Source: Antedon mediterranea (lineage: Eukaryota > Animalia > Echinodermata). Taken from it: DNA of 64,000 nt. The notes beneath the pieces are model-generated. The model was not told the origin of the DNA, did not search any database, and worked only from the letters and a program-made list of their open reading frames with translations. The position numbers and the translations under genes were made by a program. The stretch's first letter is position 1. Every line of letters begins with the position of its first letter. The DNA is taken from positions 2,108,001 to 2,172,000 of the forward strand of contig NC_092673.1 in the NCBI RefSeq assembly GCF_964355755.1, given 5' to 3'. This document shows, one piece after another, positions 23,017 to 52,923 of this stretch.

Positions 23017-25316
23017 TCATAACCTAGGGTTATAAAAGACAACACGGCCGTTCAAACAACCACTGACAAGCAGACACTGATTAGGTGAGAATGCTGATGT
23101 CAACACAGTCTGTCTATGGTTAGACATGGTAGTTACTTCATGCAATTTAGCTCGACGCGGCGAAACTTCCGAATTAGAATGTTTTATATCACACAGCTCA
23201 CTCAATCCGGTATTAAACGCTAGAAGACGAACGCCATATCCAAACGAAGAGCAGATAAGTCGACCGTCTGGGCTCACGCTCAGTTCTTTGATGTAACCTT
23301 TTCCATCACTTGGTTCATCAATGTAGTAGAGCAATCGTGAATGTATTACTTTAAATGGTTTGTGGTAACCATGACATTCAAAGAATTCTTTTCCTTCCTC
23401 ATGCAAAGCAATTGTTGAGTAATTGTCTTGAATATCATGAACACACGTGTACTGTTTAAAAAAATTGATGTAATTTATATTAAACTTTTTTTTTGTTTAT
23501 TCTGTAAAGAAGGTCATTCCTATTGCCCATTATGAGCTTCGCATGAGTTAATATATTAATATACAATTTAATATATTAATCCAAAGGCAAATTACTGAAA
23601 ATAATGACAATTCTGTGGGTATCAGTGGCTGGATCTCAATGCAGATACAAAATAAAATAATAAAAAGCTAAATCAAAACGATAAAGTAAAACAGTCAGGA
23701 AAAATCAGAAGAGCTTTCGGGCAACACTAGTCCATCATAAGTGCAACACTAGCCCTTCATCAATGCAACACTAGCCCTTCATCAGTGCAACACTAGCCCT
23801 TCACCAATGCAACACTAGCCCTTCATCAATGCAACACTAGCCCTTCATCAGTGCAACACTAGCTCTTCATCAGTACAACACTAGCCCTTCATCATTGCAA
23901 CACTAGCCCTTCATCATTGCAACACTAGCTCTTCATCAGTGCAACACTAGCCCTTCATCAGTGCAACACTAGCCCTTCATCAGTTCAACACTAGCCCTTC
24001 ATCAATGCAACACTAGGCCTTCATCAATGCAACATTAGCCCTTCATCAGTGCAACACTAGCCCTTCATCAATGCAACACTAGCTCTTCATCAATGCAACA
24101 CTAGCCCTTCATCAATGCAACACTAGCCATTTATCAATGCAACACTAGCCCTTCATCAATGCAACACTAGCCCTTCATCAACGCTACACTAGCCCTTCAT
24201 CAATGCAACACTAGCCCTTCATCAGTGCAACACTAGCCCTTCATCAGTGCAACACTAGCCCTTCATCAATGCAACACTAGCACTTCATCAATGCAACACT
24301 AGCCCTTCATTAATGTAACACTAGCCCTTCATCAGTGCAACACTAGCGCTTCACTAACGCAACACTAGCCCTTCATCAACACAACACTAGCCCTTCATCA
24401 GTGCAACACTAGCCCTTCATCAGTGCAACACTAGCCCTTCATCAATGCAACACTAGCGCTTCATTAATGCAACACTAGCCCTTCATCAATGCAACACTAG
24501 CCCTTCATCAGTGCAACACTAGCCCTTCATCAATGTAATTTAATTATTATAAATTTCTGTATGAGCCATCTAGGAATAGGAAAGTAATGTTATTACACAA
24601 ACCTCTAAATTATCATCATCTGTGCTCATCCGAGATATCATGTTCCACCCTTGGGGATGAACAATTAAAGACGAAATACACAGGTACTCGCTTGTATGGT
24701 AATTTGGAAAATCATTAACGACTTCAACACGATTACGTTTACGATAGAATATGTGGCCATGTTCTAGTTCCTCTTGGAAGAAGGGGACAGGTCGAATAAA
24801 ATCTTCGATTCCTTCCATATCCTCCATCAAATGTTCAAGATTCAGATCGTGAATTACAACATAAAGACCGGAAGCAGACGACAACAACATCTTGGTACCG
24901 TCAGCAGTGAGACGCATTCTCATTAATGTTCTAAAATTTAGTAACTCATCATATATTGGTACATTGTCATCTGTAACATATCTGAAGTGTAAAGCAGATT
25001 ATATTATTGATCATTGAGTCTGACTCACCACCATTTAATTTAAAACTATATCAAATACCAAATATTATTCAGTGAAAGACACACAAATTAACTATCTTAA
25101 TATGGTATTACTGAACATGTCATATTATAGATTACTTTAAACAGCTTCTTGTATGAAAATATCAGGCATTTAAATTAGTTTGATAAAAAACCCCACTCAT
25201 CAATATACAATACATTGCACAGGGACAAAAAAACTTATTAATATACAATACAAGGATCCATGTGCAATTATTCTAAAATGAGGTTCTTTACAGTATAGGA
25301 AGATGATAATGATGAA

Positions 25317-25349
<33 letters not shown>

Positions 25350-25350
25350 A

Positions 25351-25384
<34 letters not shown>

Positions 25385-25517
25385 CAGAAAAAACTCACTT
25401 ATTAATATACAATACAAGGATCCATGTGCAATTATTCTAAAATGAGGTTCTTTACAGTATAGGAAGATGATGATGTTGATGATAATGATGATGATGATGA
25501 TGATGATGATAATGATA

Positions 25518-25564
<47 letters not shown>

Positions 25565-27254
25565 AATGATGATGATGATAATGATGATGATGATGATGAT
25601 GATGATAATGATGATAATGATGATGATAATGATGATGATGATGATGATAATGATGATAATGATGATGATAATGATGATGATGATGATGATAATGATGATG
25701 ATGATAATGATGATGATGATGATGATGATGATGATAATGATGATGACAGAATAAACTCACTTATTAATATCCCATAAGAGTACACTTCCATCAAATCCTG
25801 AAGATACCATTTGATTGGTTGGTCGGTGGAACTCGATACTTTTTACCCAATTAGTATGACCTTCGAATGATCGCACTTTGGACTTAGTGTTACGTATATC
25901 CCACAATGCAATTGTATTGTCATCAGAGCCACTCGCGAATGTTCTGTCATCAAAAAAACTATAAGGAAAAAGAAACATATCAGTTCCAACTTAGTATCAA
26001 AAAGACACTGAAGTGGAGATGTTAAATTTAATTTTTTTTTTGCCAGCATATTTCCTTTTGGACCACGATTTCACAGATGAGCACATGGACCTCTACTCTG
26101 GCAGTATTTCATCCAATCCATTTTAAAATTCCATCTGCTACAGTTTAAAAAGTTACAGGGGCAGACCCAGGGGGTAGCACTTGGAGCGTGCACTCCACCC
26201 CTGTGATATGTTGTGATGCTATACTTACGTGACACAGTTAACACAATCAGTATGAGCATTCTTTACATTGCAGATGGGTCTTGCTGTCAGGGGATCAAAC
26301 AGTATCATTGCCCTCCTTTCACATGCTGCTACAAGCACTCTCCTGAAGTTTATAAAAGTGGACAATCCATTCATTCATCTTTTATTTTTGAAAAAAAAGT
26401 AATTCTCCATAGCTCCAAAACAAATTAATGTCTACATTATTATAAATATAAAGGCAACAAAAATATATATATATATATATATACTGTATATATATATATA
26501 TATATACTGTATATCCCATAATATAAATAAATTAATTAATTACTTTACTATAATTACTTTTATAAAGTCAATAAAATAAATAATTAAATTGTATGAAGTA
26601 TAAAACTAGTGTTTTTAGCGACTGATTTACCCATGAAGGAATTTGTTTAAAACTAATTTCTTCATCATTTTTTAACAAACATCAGGGACAGATCCATATT
26701 GGGTTTTGCTATGGGCAATTTGCTTCTTGAATCTTCTTCTTGCCCACATGACACCCCATAAACACACCTTTTTATTATTTTTAGAGTCAATCATTGATTA
26801 TTATTGAGACTTTGACGTTGAGTATTTAGTTAAAATCAAGTACAAATCATCTCAAGACTTGCGCTAACGTTGACCATTTAAATAAAAAAAATGTTGAATA
26901 AAAGTTTAAACAAGCACTATATATGTTAGTAGAGTACTAATTTAAATCAAATTACCCATCAGGCGAAAACTCCAAGTTGAAAATGGAACCAAAACCACGT
27001 TGATATGATGTGTCTTTGACTGAAGTATTAGATAACTTTTGATAAAGTTTTCTTAAGATACTGTCCGTTGTTCTAGCCCGATGACGTCCCGGGTCATAAC
27101 TTAACAGTTTATTTCTAGGCCTGGATACCCCAGTACTTGCTGCTGTAGACATTGGTACGGCAAGGCCGATCTCTCTTGCTCGAAGCCATTCGATCGCCTT
27201 GAAATTGTCTGTTTTATTTTGTTGGCCTAGGCCTAGGCCTAGGTTAGATGTCAT
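23017..27254 (-). CDS. DCAF10: DDB1- and CUL4-associated factor 10 (WDR32), 5 exons, ~474 aa
   Basis: Exons 27254-26956, 26342-26229, 25958-25761, 24981-24603 and 23451-23017 join in frame. Motifs FNLEFSPDG, AHTDCVN, SDDNTIALWDIR, LMRMRLT, GYIKELSVSPDGR, SGCLNGRVVFYNPRL. Confidence 0.92.
23590..24545 (-). repeat. Second copy of the hammerhead-bearing repeat with ~37 x 22-bp tandem expansion
   Basis: Unit GCAACACTAGCCCTTCATCA(A/G)T over 23721-24535, reading (C/T)TGATGAAGGGCTAGTGTTGCA on the minus strand and ending in GCCCGAAAGCTC. Confidence 0.9.
25234..25770. repeat. Tandemly duplicated intron segment containing (GAT)n/(ATC)n microsatellites
   Basis: Two units CTTATTAATATACAATACAAGGATCC...AGGAAGATG(GAT)n..GACAGAA.AAACTCAC, starting at ~25234 and ~25398. 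Confidence 0.95.
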
Positions 27255-27869
27255 CTTCAAAAAACTAATACTAATTATATCGACTACTCATGAAAATCGA
27301 TGAAAATACCAGAGTAGTAAAACATTACTTATATTTTCATTTCCTTCCAAATATATACTACTAGGCCTAGACCATGACTAATTAAACTTTTGAAAAGAAG
27401 TGGGTTTTTTTTTATATTTATTGTTTACATGTGCAAAAACAGAGGGAGGGAGAGAGCCACCACCGTCCATGTTTACCAACCGGTAGAGGGCGCATAGAAT
27501 CGAATTTTGAGTGGTGGAAGCACGCCGCCCCATCATCCAGGTCAGCATTAATCATTGGGCGGAACTCGGAGCTGAATAACCGTTTGCAAAATTGAATATA
27601 AAGAAAAAAATACATATTCAAGATGTTCTCATGTTTAAATTCAACTCAATGTTTCTATTTTGACCCTTTTATCTGAAAGGTGATTGCTCACTTGCACTCT
27701 CTCTCTATTGTGAATGTTATATTCTTCATCCATAGCTATAATGTATGTGATGATAAATGTCAAATAGGTCAATGCTATCTGCAAAATCATAAAACAAAAA
27801 TCACATCCTCATTCGCCTTTTAAATCATGGAATCTTCAATCACAAAATCAGCAACTCCATCAATCATAA

Positions 27870-27965
27870 AGCTCTGTCTACACTACCATATTTGGCCATA
27901 TGACTAACATAATGGGTACTACTCCACACTTTTTGTCAAACTAGTTTGATAGTGTAGACAGAGTT
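27870..27965. mobile_element. PIF/Harbinger-type MITE (internally deleted)
   Basis: Same TIR family as 14549-14715, TAA TSD. Confidence 0.75.
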
Positions 27966-29729
27966 TAAGAATATACCACATATTTACAGGTTAAAAATAT
28001 AAATGCAAAGAAATAGAATCAGTCAAATCAATTTATTTCACCCACATCATGGGTTTTATTCGTAAAATATTATTTTCTGACCACTTTACTGGCTTGCCCT
28101 TTTTAGAGGCATTTGGTGCATACACAGTCCATATACTTTATCAAAAGAGTATACTGTACTACCTGAAAGTAGGTATATGCCTTAGAACAGGCTTTCATTA
28201 TAGTTTTAAAGCTCACTCCGATAAACACTTGGTGCATTTTTAATCAACATAGAAAATAATTAGTAGTCACATTAATGAACTATTACTACAGGTATCTTGC
28301 TAGTAGGAACTGCTGTATTCGGAGTGAGAGTAGTACAAAGTAGAAATTTACAGTACCAATTCGACTTTCATTTTTTTAGAGTTTATAATTTTAGCAGCTA
28401 AATATGAACTGTATATAAATCAGTGTATACTACTGTACTAGATGAATAATGAACACAAATATTTACCATTAATTTAAGTACAAAATTACAAAAGAAATTG
28501 TTTTAATAAAATTCTTTGTATCAATCAGAATACCCTGTAAACACATGCAAGTCATATATGAAGATTTATTACGTTTAACAGCAAACATAATATATTTTTT
28601 GGTAATTACTCTGTTTAAAATCGGTTATTGTAAAGATAATATGATAGGTGTAAATGATTGATACAAAGAAGTCTTTTTTAAAGAAACAACTTTAGTTTTA
28701 TATAAAGCAGTACAAAAGTGTACATAAAACTACTAATTATAGTAAAGAGAAACAAAAAAAACATTGCTGTAATATTGAATGTAATGTAGAGGCACTTCAA
28801 AAACTGGTCCACCAAAATCAATTTAAAAGCATTACATTTTTTTTCCATTTTAAACCAAAAATTATAATATGCAGCATCTAGTTGATTGAAAACACTTTCA
28901 TTTAAATTTCAGACTACCAATACTTGCACCCATAGAGTGTAGTCTATTCTCTATGACGCACCATATAGAGTATTTTGCTGCTAAAGTGGCACCTTAATAT
29001 ATTTCACAACTTCATCATCATACAAAATGTTTATATGTATGAACATTATTCATTTCATATCTTTGATATGTAGCCAGCTACTCGACATTATCCATTCATT
29101 TCACAGTAAATTTGCTTTACACTGCCTTAACAATCACCATGTGGCTGCTATACTAACATAAAGGCAGCAAGTAACTCTGCAAAATAAAACCCTGAAGTAA
29201 AAATAAAAAGATCACACACATTGAAGACAATACTGTTAAGAAAGACTATATCAGAAAAAGTTATACCCTCGACGACATCTAGTTACGAAAAAATGTGGTC
29301 CTTTAATAATTAAACCTTCAATGAACTAATCGTCGCTAATGCTGCTGTAGACCATCCGTTTCCAAAAAAATATACAAGTGCAGTGTCTTCAAAAGAAATG
29401 TGTGTCACTCAATATCTTAATAAAGTATTTAAACAAACATATATTCTGCTTATCGTGAACATTTTCACCATCTTACCTACAAAGTTTGAACTTTTAGCAA
29501 ATATTTAATTTATGGTAACAAAAAATTTGCACTTTTTAACATAACAAGGTTTTTTTTCCTTTTTTAGACCATGTAATGGTACTTAAATATAACGTATCAA
29601 AGTTTGTAATAATAAACTTGGTAATTCTCCTCAACAACACTTGGCATCGCAATAAAATAGGCAGCCATTTATTTCCATACGTTACGTTCACATTCTTTAA
29701 TTATATAACTCCCTTGTGGATAATCTGTG

Positions 29730-38386
<8,657 letters not shown>

Positions 38387-40279
38387 ACATCAGAAGGCCA
38401 ATGCTTGTGAAATTTCAAACCTCAAAAAAGGCTTCCCTACACTTGGGTGAAACTACTTTACCAAAGGGTAAAATATAGAGCGAAACCTTCCCTTTTTTTA
38501 AAGTAACAAGTTGAAAAGAAGGCTGATGTCCAAAAACTGTAAAAGAGTTTGAAGTTTGAAATGATTAAAGCAAGTTTATATCGGGTTATATCAATATGTG
38601 TCCTACTACTATTAATTTGAGGGAAAATGGTTAAGATTTAAGAACCTAAAAATGCACTCGTCCATGCCGAGTTGATCATACGATTTCTGTTGATGCATAC
38701 TAACATGCTAATTTTTTTCCCAATAGCCAATCAGAAACGTAGTATGACTCTCAGATTTAAAGACCAACTATCTTTGTTCGGTTGTATGGTTGTTACTATT
38801 TTTAGAAACAAGGGAATTGTTATAAAACCACTGTCCAATTGAACAACACATTATACGGACAATAATTTAATAGCAAAATCGTTATTATTTTGTTGTGTTG
38901 TATGCCATGGTATATAAACAGTGCCGTCTAAAAAAATCTACGTTTCATTTATTTTTTTTTTACATCGACGTCGTCTTATAATTTCAAACAATCAAGGCCA
39001 CTGCTGTTTTTAATGTTGTTGTTATTTTATAATATAAGTTACTTCACCTTTTGTTGGTTAGTTTCTAAAATAAAAATCTATTTTTTAGCTGTATCAGTAT
39101 AAAATATATTGTCTATTGTTTCATTCCACCATAGAGATATTATCTCTATGATTCCACATTAATAACACAAACAGAAACAGTCATCGACCTCCGATATTAT
39201 GCAAATGATTTTCCCAGGTCAGCAAAATAACAATAATTGTACAGGCAATTGACTTGCACTGAACTGTGACGTGTACTCTATTTTCATTGTTGTTTTAAAA
39301 AGCTGGGCCGCAGTTGTTTTGCCTATACGTTAAGATAATAAATATGTTTATTGTTGTATTTAACAAACTACAATTAAGGCTTGGTAGAAATAATAAAATT
39401 TTTTAAAATAATCAATATACTTAAATAATAAATTACTAATATTATAATAAGTGTGTATGTATACCTGACGGGTTGTATTTGATAATTAATAATACGCAAT
39501 GATTTTTTTTTTTAATTCCACATTTAAAAAAAAATACCATTCGATTTAATTGTTATTCGCAAAGCAAATATTGACAATTTCGCCAGTGTAGCATAGCAAA
39601 AAGACATCCTTATTATTGCTACACATTTCTGAAATTGTGTAGCAAAAAATACAATACAAAACTATGTTTCTCGACTAAAAAATCAGTTTGATTAGCAATA
39701 TTGCTAAAGAAAATTTTAAAATGAAATTTTTCCCTGTGTATGAGTGACATATAGCGCATCTCAATGGATACAATAAGCAAAAAGATAATCAAACGGTAAA
39801 AGTAAAAACAGCTTTTGCAAAACACTCGTCATTAATTATTTTAATTATCTGTAATAATTATTTACCGTATTTATTCGAATAAACGCCGAGCTTTGAATAA
39901 ACTCCACCCTCCACCTCCCAATAAAACATTTTGAATTTATCCTCGAATAAATAAGAATATACCATGGAGTCCATGAATATACACAATATTGCATTTCTAT
40001 TCTACTAGAATTCATTGAATGCCATGATCTACATATCTGTATTTGATCACTTCTAGATATTAATTGTTGTATATATTTTTCATATTTTATACAATTTCAA
40101 TACCACAATACACCAAAACAAAAATAAACACCTCCCCTCGATTACAAATCCTCCTGAACAATACACGAAAAACGATTATGTATGAAAAAATGTATATAGG
40201 CCTAGATAGTTCAATTATCATAAATTTCATAAAATAATAAAAACATCTGAAATACAGTATAAAAAAAAATTTTTAAATG

Positions 40280-40514
40280 CGACCACAGAACTGAACACGT
40301 GCAGCAGGAGAGAAGTCCTATGAAGAATGACGTAAAGCAGTAACATAAATCCTTGCGCTCTAATCGAGAAAATTCCCGCTTTTTCGACCTTTTCTCTCTC
40401 TTAGCCGTTCGCTCTCGACTACTCTCGGCTACACCACCGCGACTGGCGCGTGTGCATTTATCAGATCTGTCGCCATTTTTTAAATACACGACGGTTTTTT
40501 ACATGTCTAGAAAA
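40280..40514 (+). promoter_or_regulatory. SRSF10 promoter / 5' UTR
   Basis: CpG-rich. CACGTG and TGACGT motifs, pyrimidine tract CCTTTCTCTCTCTT at ~40388 and YY1 motif CGCCATTTT at 40471. Confidence 0.55.
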
Positions 40515-48005
<7,491 letters not shown>

Positions 48006-49721
48006 TCAAGATGTGATACTTTTCTCATATTATCAGATTCTACACCACATTTTAAGTCCTACTATTGTACGTTGTGTATTATGATGGTATTTAAATAACG
48101 AGTATACAAAAGATTTTAATCTACCCTGCTCCATCCATTTTTGTTGTTACTTCTAGTGCTACAACTGTACAGCTAGTCTGAAAATTGCCTGAATAATTGT
48201 ATTGTGTGTGCTATTGGGTTAATGCTGTTGCAGGCACAATATATACTTACCTAGTCTACCTTGTTCTGTCCTTGTATATAGTTTCTTAGGTGCTTTGTCG
48301 ATTACTAGACCTAGAATATTCTGTTTAGTTTTAAGTGTTTTTATAAGCTGTCTTCCTGGACATTTGGTAAGATGTTGTCTATTTGTACTTAGTCGAAGAA
48401 GATACGGTTATTCACATCCTTAAACGTGATGATGCCGTTAAGCATGATTGATAATTAAATCAGGCTAATTTTATCTTTTGAAATGTTCACATGTCCTTCC
48501 TATATCACTTAAGATGTATTGTGACTCATGCTAAACATGCGTTAAAATGATTAATGTTAAGTATGCATATGATCAGGTTATTGGCTTGTAATAAACCAAT
48601 TCATTATAATGTTGAAAGATTTACAGTTTATCAACTTGCTGGTTGAAATATGTCATCAACATTGTAGTAACTCTGTATGGTTTTAAAAAGTGACATCTTC
48701 TGTATTGTACCTAGGCCCTTGATTTTTACTTTGTCCATTATATAGCGTAAATGGAATTAAACTTGTTTAAATAAAAAAATTGTTTTAATACTTTTATTGT
48801 TTTTTTATTCATATCTGTTGTGATTTGACTGGTATATATGATCATGCTCGAGTCATTGGGATTTAACGAACACAAACTCTCTCTGAATTTCTCGGACAGA
48901 AGTGTATGTAACCATATTAATTGGGAGATGACGCTGTAATACATTTAAATATGTATTCTGGTCCTAAAGGCCAATTTACACAGATGAGCGGTAACGGTAA
49001 GCAGAAAACTGCGTAGCTTGTCCCACATAGATTCTGTATCTATCTTGAGCAGAAACCGCCACTCGCTTCGTGTTGTGTCTAAATGGTCATAAATAACATT
49101 CTGTATTTTTATTACCATTACCGCTCATCTCATCAAAAAAACTTGCAAAAAAAACTAATTTGCAAACTCTAAACTATCACATGACATGCTAGTCCAATAT
49201 TTATCATTACACCATCACTCTACGGTAAATACAGCACCTGACACGGTCCTCTAACGTGGCTTTAATTTGGTGTTCTGACGAGAACCGGTGTTTCAACGCA
49301 GTATGGCCATACAAATGTTTGCTATTGTACACATCCAGGGGATAGGGTATGGGGAACTGTCCTGATATATACACTTTACTAATCATTAACACATTTTGTT
49401 TTGACCATATTTGATGAGGGTGATCCATCCAGCAATTGCTGATCATTATTAGGGACCCTCAGAGGTTCACAACACAAACATCATCACATCACCATCAAGC
49501 CACAACTCCACTCTAAACTACACATTACTGGTAAATCATATTTTGCTGCATAGAGGATGTAACTAAATGTACATAGTCATACTAATAAAGATTCATCCAT
49601 AAATATGAATTTAATATGAAATTTTAAACCAGTTTTTTTGTGTGCCATGCATTAATCTTCATAACCTTTTATCACAAGGTTTCATAGCAATAATTATAGC
49701 ATGCGTTTGGAGACAAAGGAA

Positions 49722-50135
49722 GTGAGAGTTTACACCTAAAGCCTACTGTGTTAAAGGTTGGCACTTTGTGAGAGTTTACACCTAAAGCCTACTGTGTTAT
49801 AGGTTGGCACTTTGTGAGAGTTTACACCTAAAGCCTACTGTGTTATAGGTTGGCACTTTGTGAGAGTTTACACCTAAAGCCTACTGTGTTATAGGTTGGC
49901 ACTTTGTGAGAGTTTACACCTAAAGCCTACTGTGTTATAGGTTGGCACTTTGTGAGAGTTTACACCTAAAGCCTACTGTGTTATAGGTTGGCACTTTGTG
50001 AGAGTTTACACCTAAAGCCTACTGTGTTATAGGTTGGCACTTTGTGAGAGTTTACACCTAAAGCCTACTGTGTTATAGGTTGGCACTTTGTGAGAGTTTA
50101 CACCTAAAGCCTACTGTGTTATAGGTTGGCACTTT
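49722..50135. repeat. 46-bp minisatellite x9
   Basis: GTGAGAGTTTACACCTAAAGCCTACTGTGTTATAGGTTGGCACTTT, near-perfect copies, no spacers. Confidence 0.95.
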
Positions 50136-52288
50136 GATGATTTGTACAAAGAACAATGCTTTAGATGCATACCTAGATATTTCCCAGGGTAGCGATAAAA
50201 CTGATCTAAAACAAATTATTTTAATGTAGCTTAAAAACAGCAGCATATGATACAAAAAAATTGGTTAATAAAATGAGTTCACTCAGTCTGAATATTAATT
50301 ATTTAAAATATTTTGGACCATGGATGAATAATACTGTAGTACTCTCATAGGTTCTGGGTACATAACTGATTAGTGGGGGAGGATTATATAACCCTTGATT
50401 GCATGAATGGGATTATGCTCGGTCATACTGTATGTGATGGAAAATGATAGGAACCTGGTTTGAGGTACAGTAGAATGGAATGATTTTGTGGTACAGTACA
50501 TACATGTTGTGTGTGATCTTGAATCGGAAATCTTCCCTGATTCATGAACCTTCATAGTGTGTTTATAACATCATCATACAGTATAATTTATTTTGCTATA
50601 TTGAAAATTACAATGATAATCAACTGTGAACTACTAACCAATTCAAACTCCCAGGTCTGTCTGAATGTAGAGATTCCTAATGCGAATTAATAAGGAGCCC
50701 AGACAGGTCATGAAGTTCACGTTTTTTTCATGTAAGGACCATGTTTGTGGTATAAATCATACGATACTCCCAAGATAAACAACACCAGTGTAAAAGTGAT
50801 TTATAAACTTATTATTTTTTACATTCATGTCTATGAAATTTCAGATAAGCATTATCATTTTTTTTTCTATTTTAAGATGTTTTTGAAAAATTATCTATGT
50901 CAAGTGGAAAAAAAATGTACCACATTACAATGTTGCTCATCACATATGTTTAGTGAGAAAGAAAAACATCACGATCACAGGAAGTCGGCCTTGAATCTGT
51001 CAAACGATATAAAATGGTTGTATATTATACTAAGCTAGTGAAAAGATGAACCAAATGCTATCGATTCCTGACAATTGTTCCATGATACAAATAATAAAGA
51101 ATTTCTCGGAACGACTTGAAACTAACCCAGATTGGACGGCGTTCAACTGGACGCAAACCAGACTTACCTAGACGAGAATGAAATGAACGTGATCATTTGG
51201 AATGACTGCAGACTGTGTCTTCTGGCAGACGATTTCTGATGCTTTGCCATTTTAGACAGCCGGTTTATGTTTGTTTCTTGTACTGGTGTTTTTTATTCTT
51301 TGTCTGCAGAAAAGTGTATGTACTGCTTAATATGCCAAAGTAAATTTATTATTAAAGCACTTCATTGCAAAACTCAATTTGAATTCTGGTAGCAAGAAAA
51401 CCGGTAACTGGCATAGGCAGATCAAAGATCCCAATCCAAAATTTTGGAAAATAAAATGCAAAAAATAGATGTTTTCTCATTTTTAGGCCCAGACCCCGGC
51501 CCAGACTAACTTTACATTAAAAAAACACAGCACATAACCAACAATAATTAAAATTTTAGTTCAACTGTATTATTAAGTTCATTGTACCCAAAATAGAATC
51601 ATCCATTGTGTATAGAAGTAATTTATAGGAAATTCGCATTAACTTTCTTTTCTAGTTATTTAAACAATGGGAAGTAATTTATAATTGAAGAAAAAAGGGA
51701 TATGGGTTATTTAAGATAAAGGGTGCAGAACCAAAAAGGGATATGGGTCATTTAAGAGAAAGGGTGCAGAAACAAAAGATGTGTTATTATTACGAAGCAG
51801 AAGGCTCATGATGAAATCATTTTTGTTTAAAGATACCCGCAAAGAGTGGTCGCATTTTTCAACAATATTGAAACTACACCACATGGAAAGAGATATTTAA
51901 TATCAAACATCTTTTTGCTCATTGACTCAAAGTGTATCATAATCATCAATTATGATCTACTCAAGATAATGATATCAATACTCAATGTTGTAACAGGCCA
52001 GTAGACTTGGGGATTTAAAAGAATATAAAAAACTTCTCCCTTGAAAGTTCACTTGGTGGCCACACCTAGGAATAGCCACACCTAGGAATAGTCTTCCCCC
52101 TCATAACAATTCAACATACAGCAATGGATGTATGATGTTGAGTGCCAGTACTACCTACTATTTCCTCTAATTTTATTTAAAAAAACAAATCAATTTAATA
52201 ATTCATAGGTTTAGATTTTATGCCTGCCATATTCTTATTCTTTTATTGCCAAATATAAAATACATGAAGAACACGATATACAAAAAAA

Positions 52289-52923
52289 ACAATAGAACTA
52301 ACTGAGTGAGCTGGCATGGGACACAAAAGCGAACCTAATCACTGTGACTTAAAGCCTGTGTTCCCCCCTCACCCAGTTAACAATAGAACCAACTGAGTGA
52401 GTTGGCAGAGGACACAAAAGCGAACCTAATCACTGTGACTTAAAGCCTGTGTTCCCCACTCACCCAGTTAACAATAGAACCAACTGAGTGAGTTGGCAGA
52501 GGACACAAAAGCGAACCTAATCACTGTGTATTAAAGCCTGTGTTCCCCACTCACCCAGTTAACAATAGAACCAACTGAGTGAGTTGGCAGGGGACACAAA
52601 AGCGAACCTAATCACTGCGACTTAAAGCCTGTGTTCCCCACTCACCCAGTTAACAATAGAACCAACTGAGTGAGTTGGCAGAGGACACAAAAGCGAACCT
52701 AATCACTGCGACTTAAAGCCTGTGTTCCCCACTCACCCAGTTAACAATAGAACCAACTGAGTGAGTTGGCAGAGGACACAAAAGCGAACCTAATCACTGC
52801 GACTTAAAGCCTGTGTTCCCACTCACCCAGTTAACAATAGAACCAACTGAGTGAGCTGGCATGGGACACAAAAGCGAACCTAATCACTGCGACTTAAAGC
52901 CTGTGTTCCCCACTCACCCAGTT
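52289..52923. repeat. 91-bp minisatellite x7, each unit an imperfect hairpin
   Basis: AACAATAGAACCAACTGAGTGAGTTGGCAGAGGACACAAAAGCGAACCTAATCACTGCGACTTAAAGCCTGTGTTCCCCACTCACCCAGTT. Confidence 0.95.

Noticed and set aside
25432-25794. Poly-His / poly-Ser / poly-Met ORFs
   Set aside because: These are translations of a (GAT)n microsatellite in DCAF10 intron 3; the DCAF10 frame stops at AAG-TGA at the donor.
49722-50135. CRISPR-like arrays (also 23721-24535 and 52289-52923)
   Set aside because: Head-to-tail units with no unique spacers, no cas genes and a eukaryotic context.
52289-52923. CTGAGTGA in the 91-bp unit as a ribozyme core
   Set aside because: Does not match CUGANGA and has no GAAA partner.
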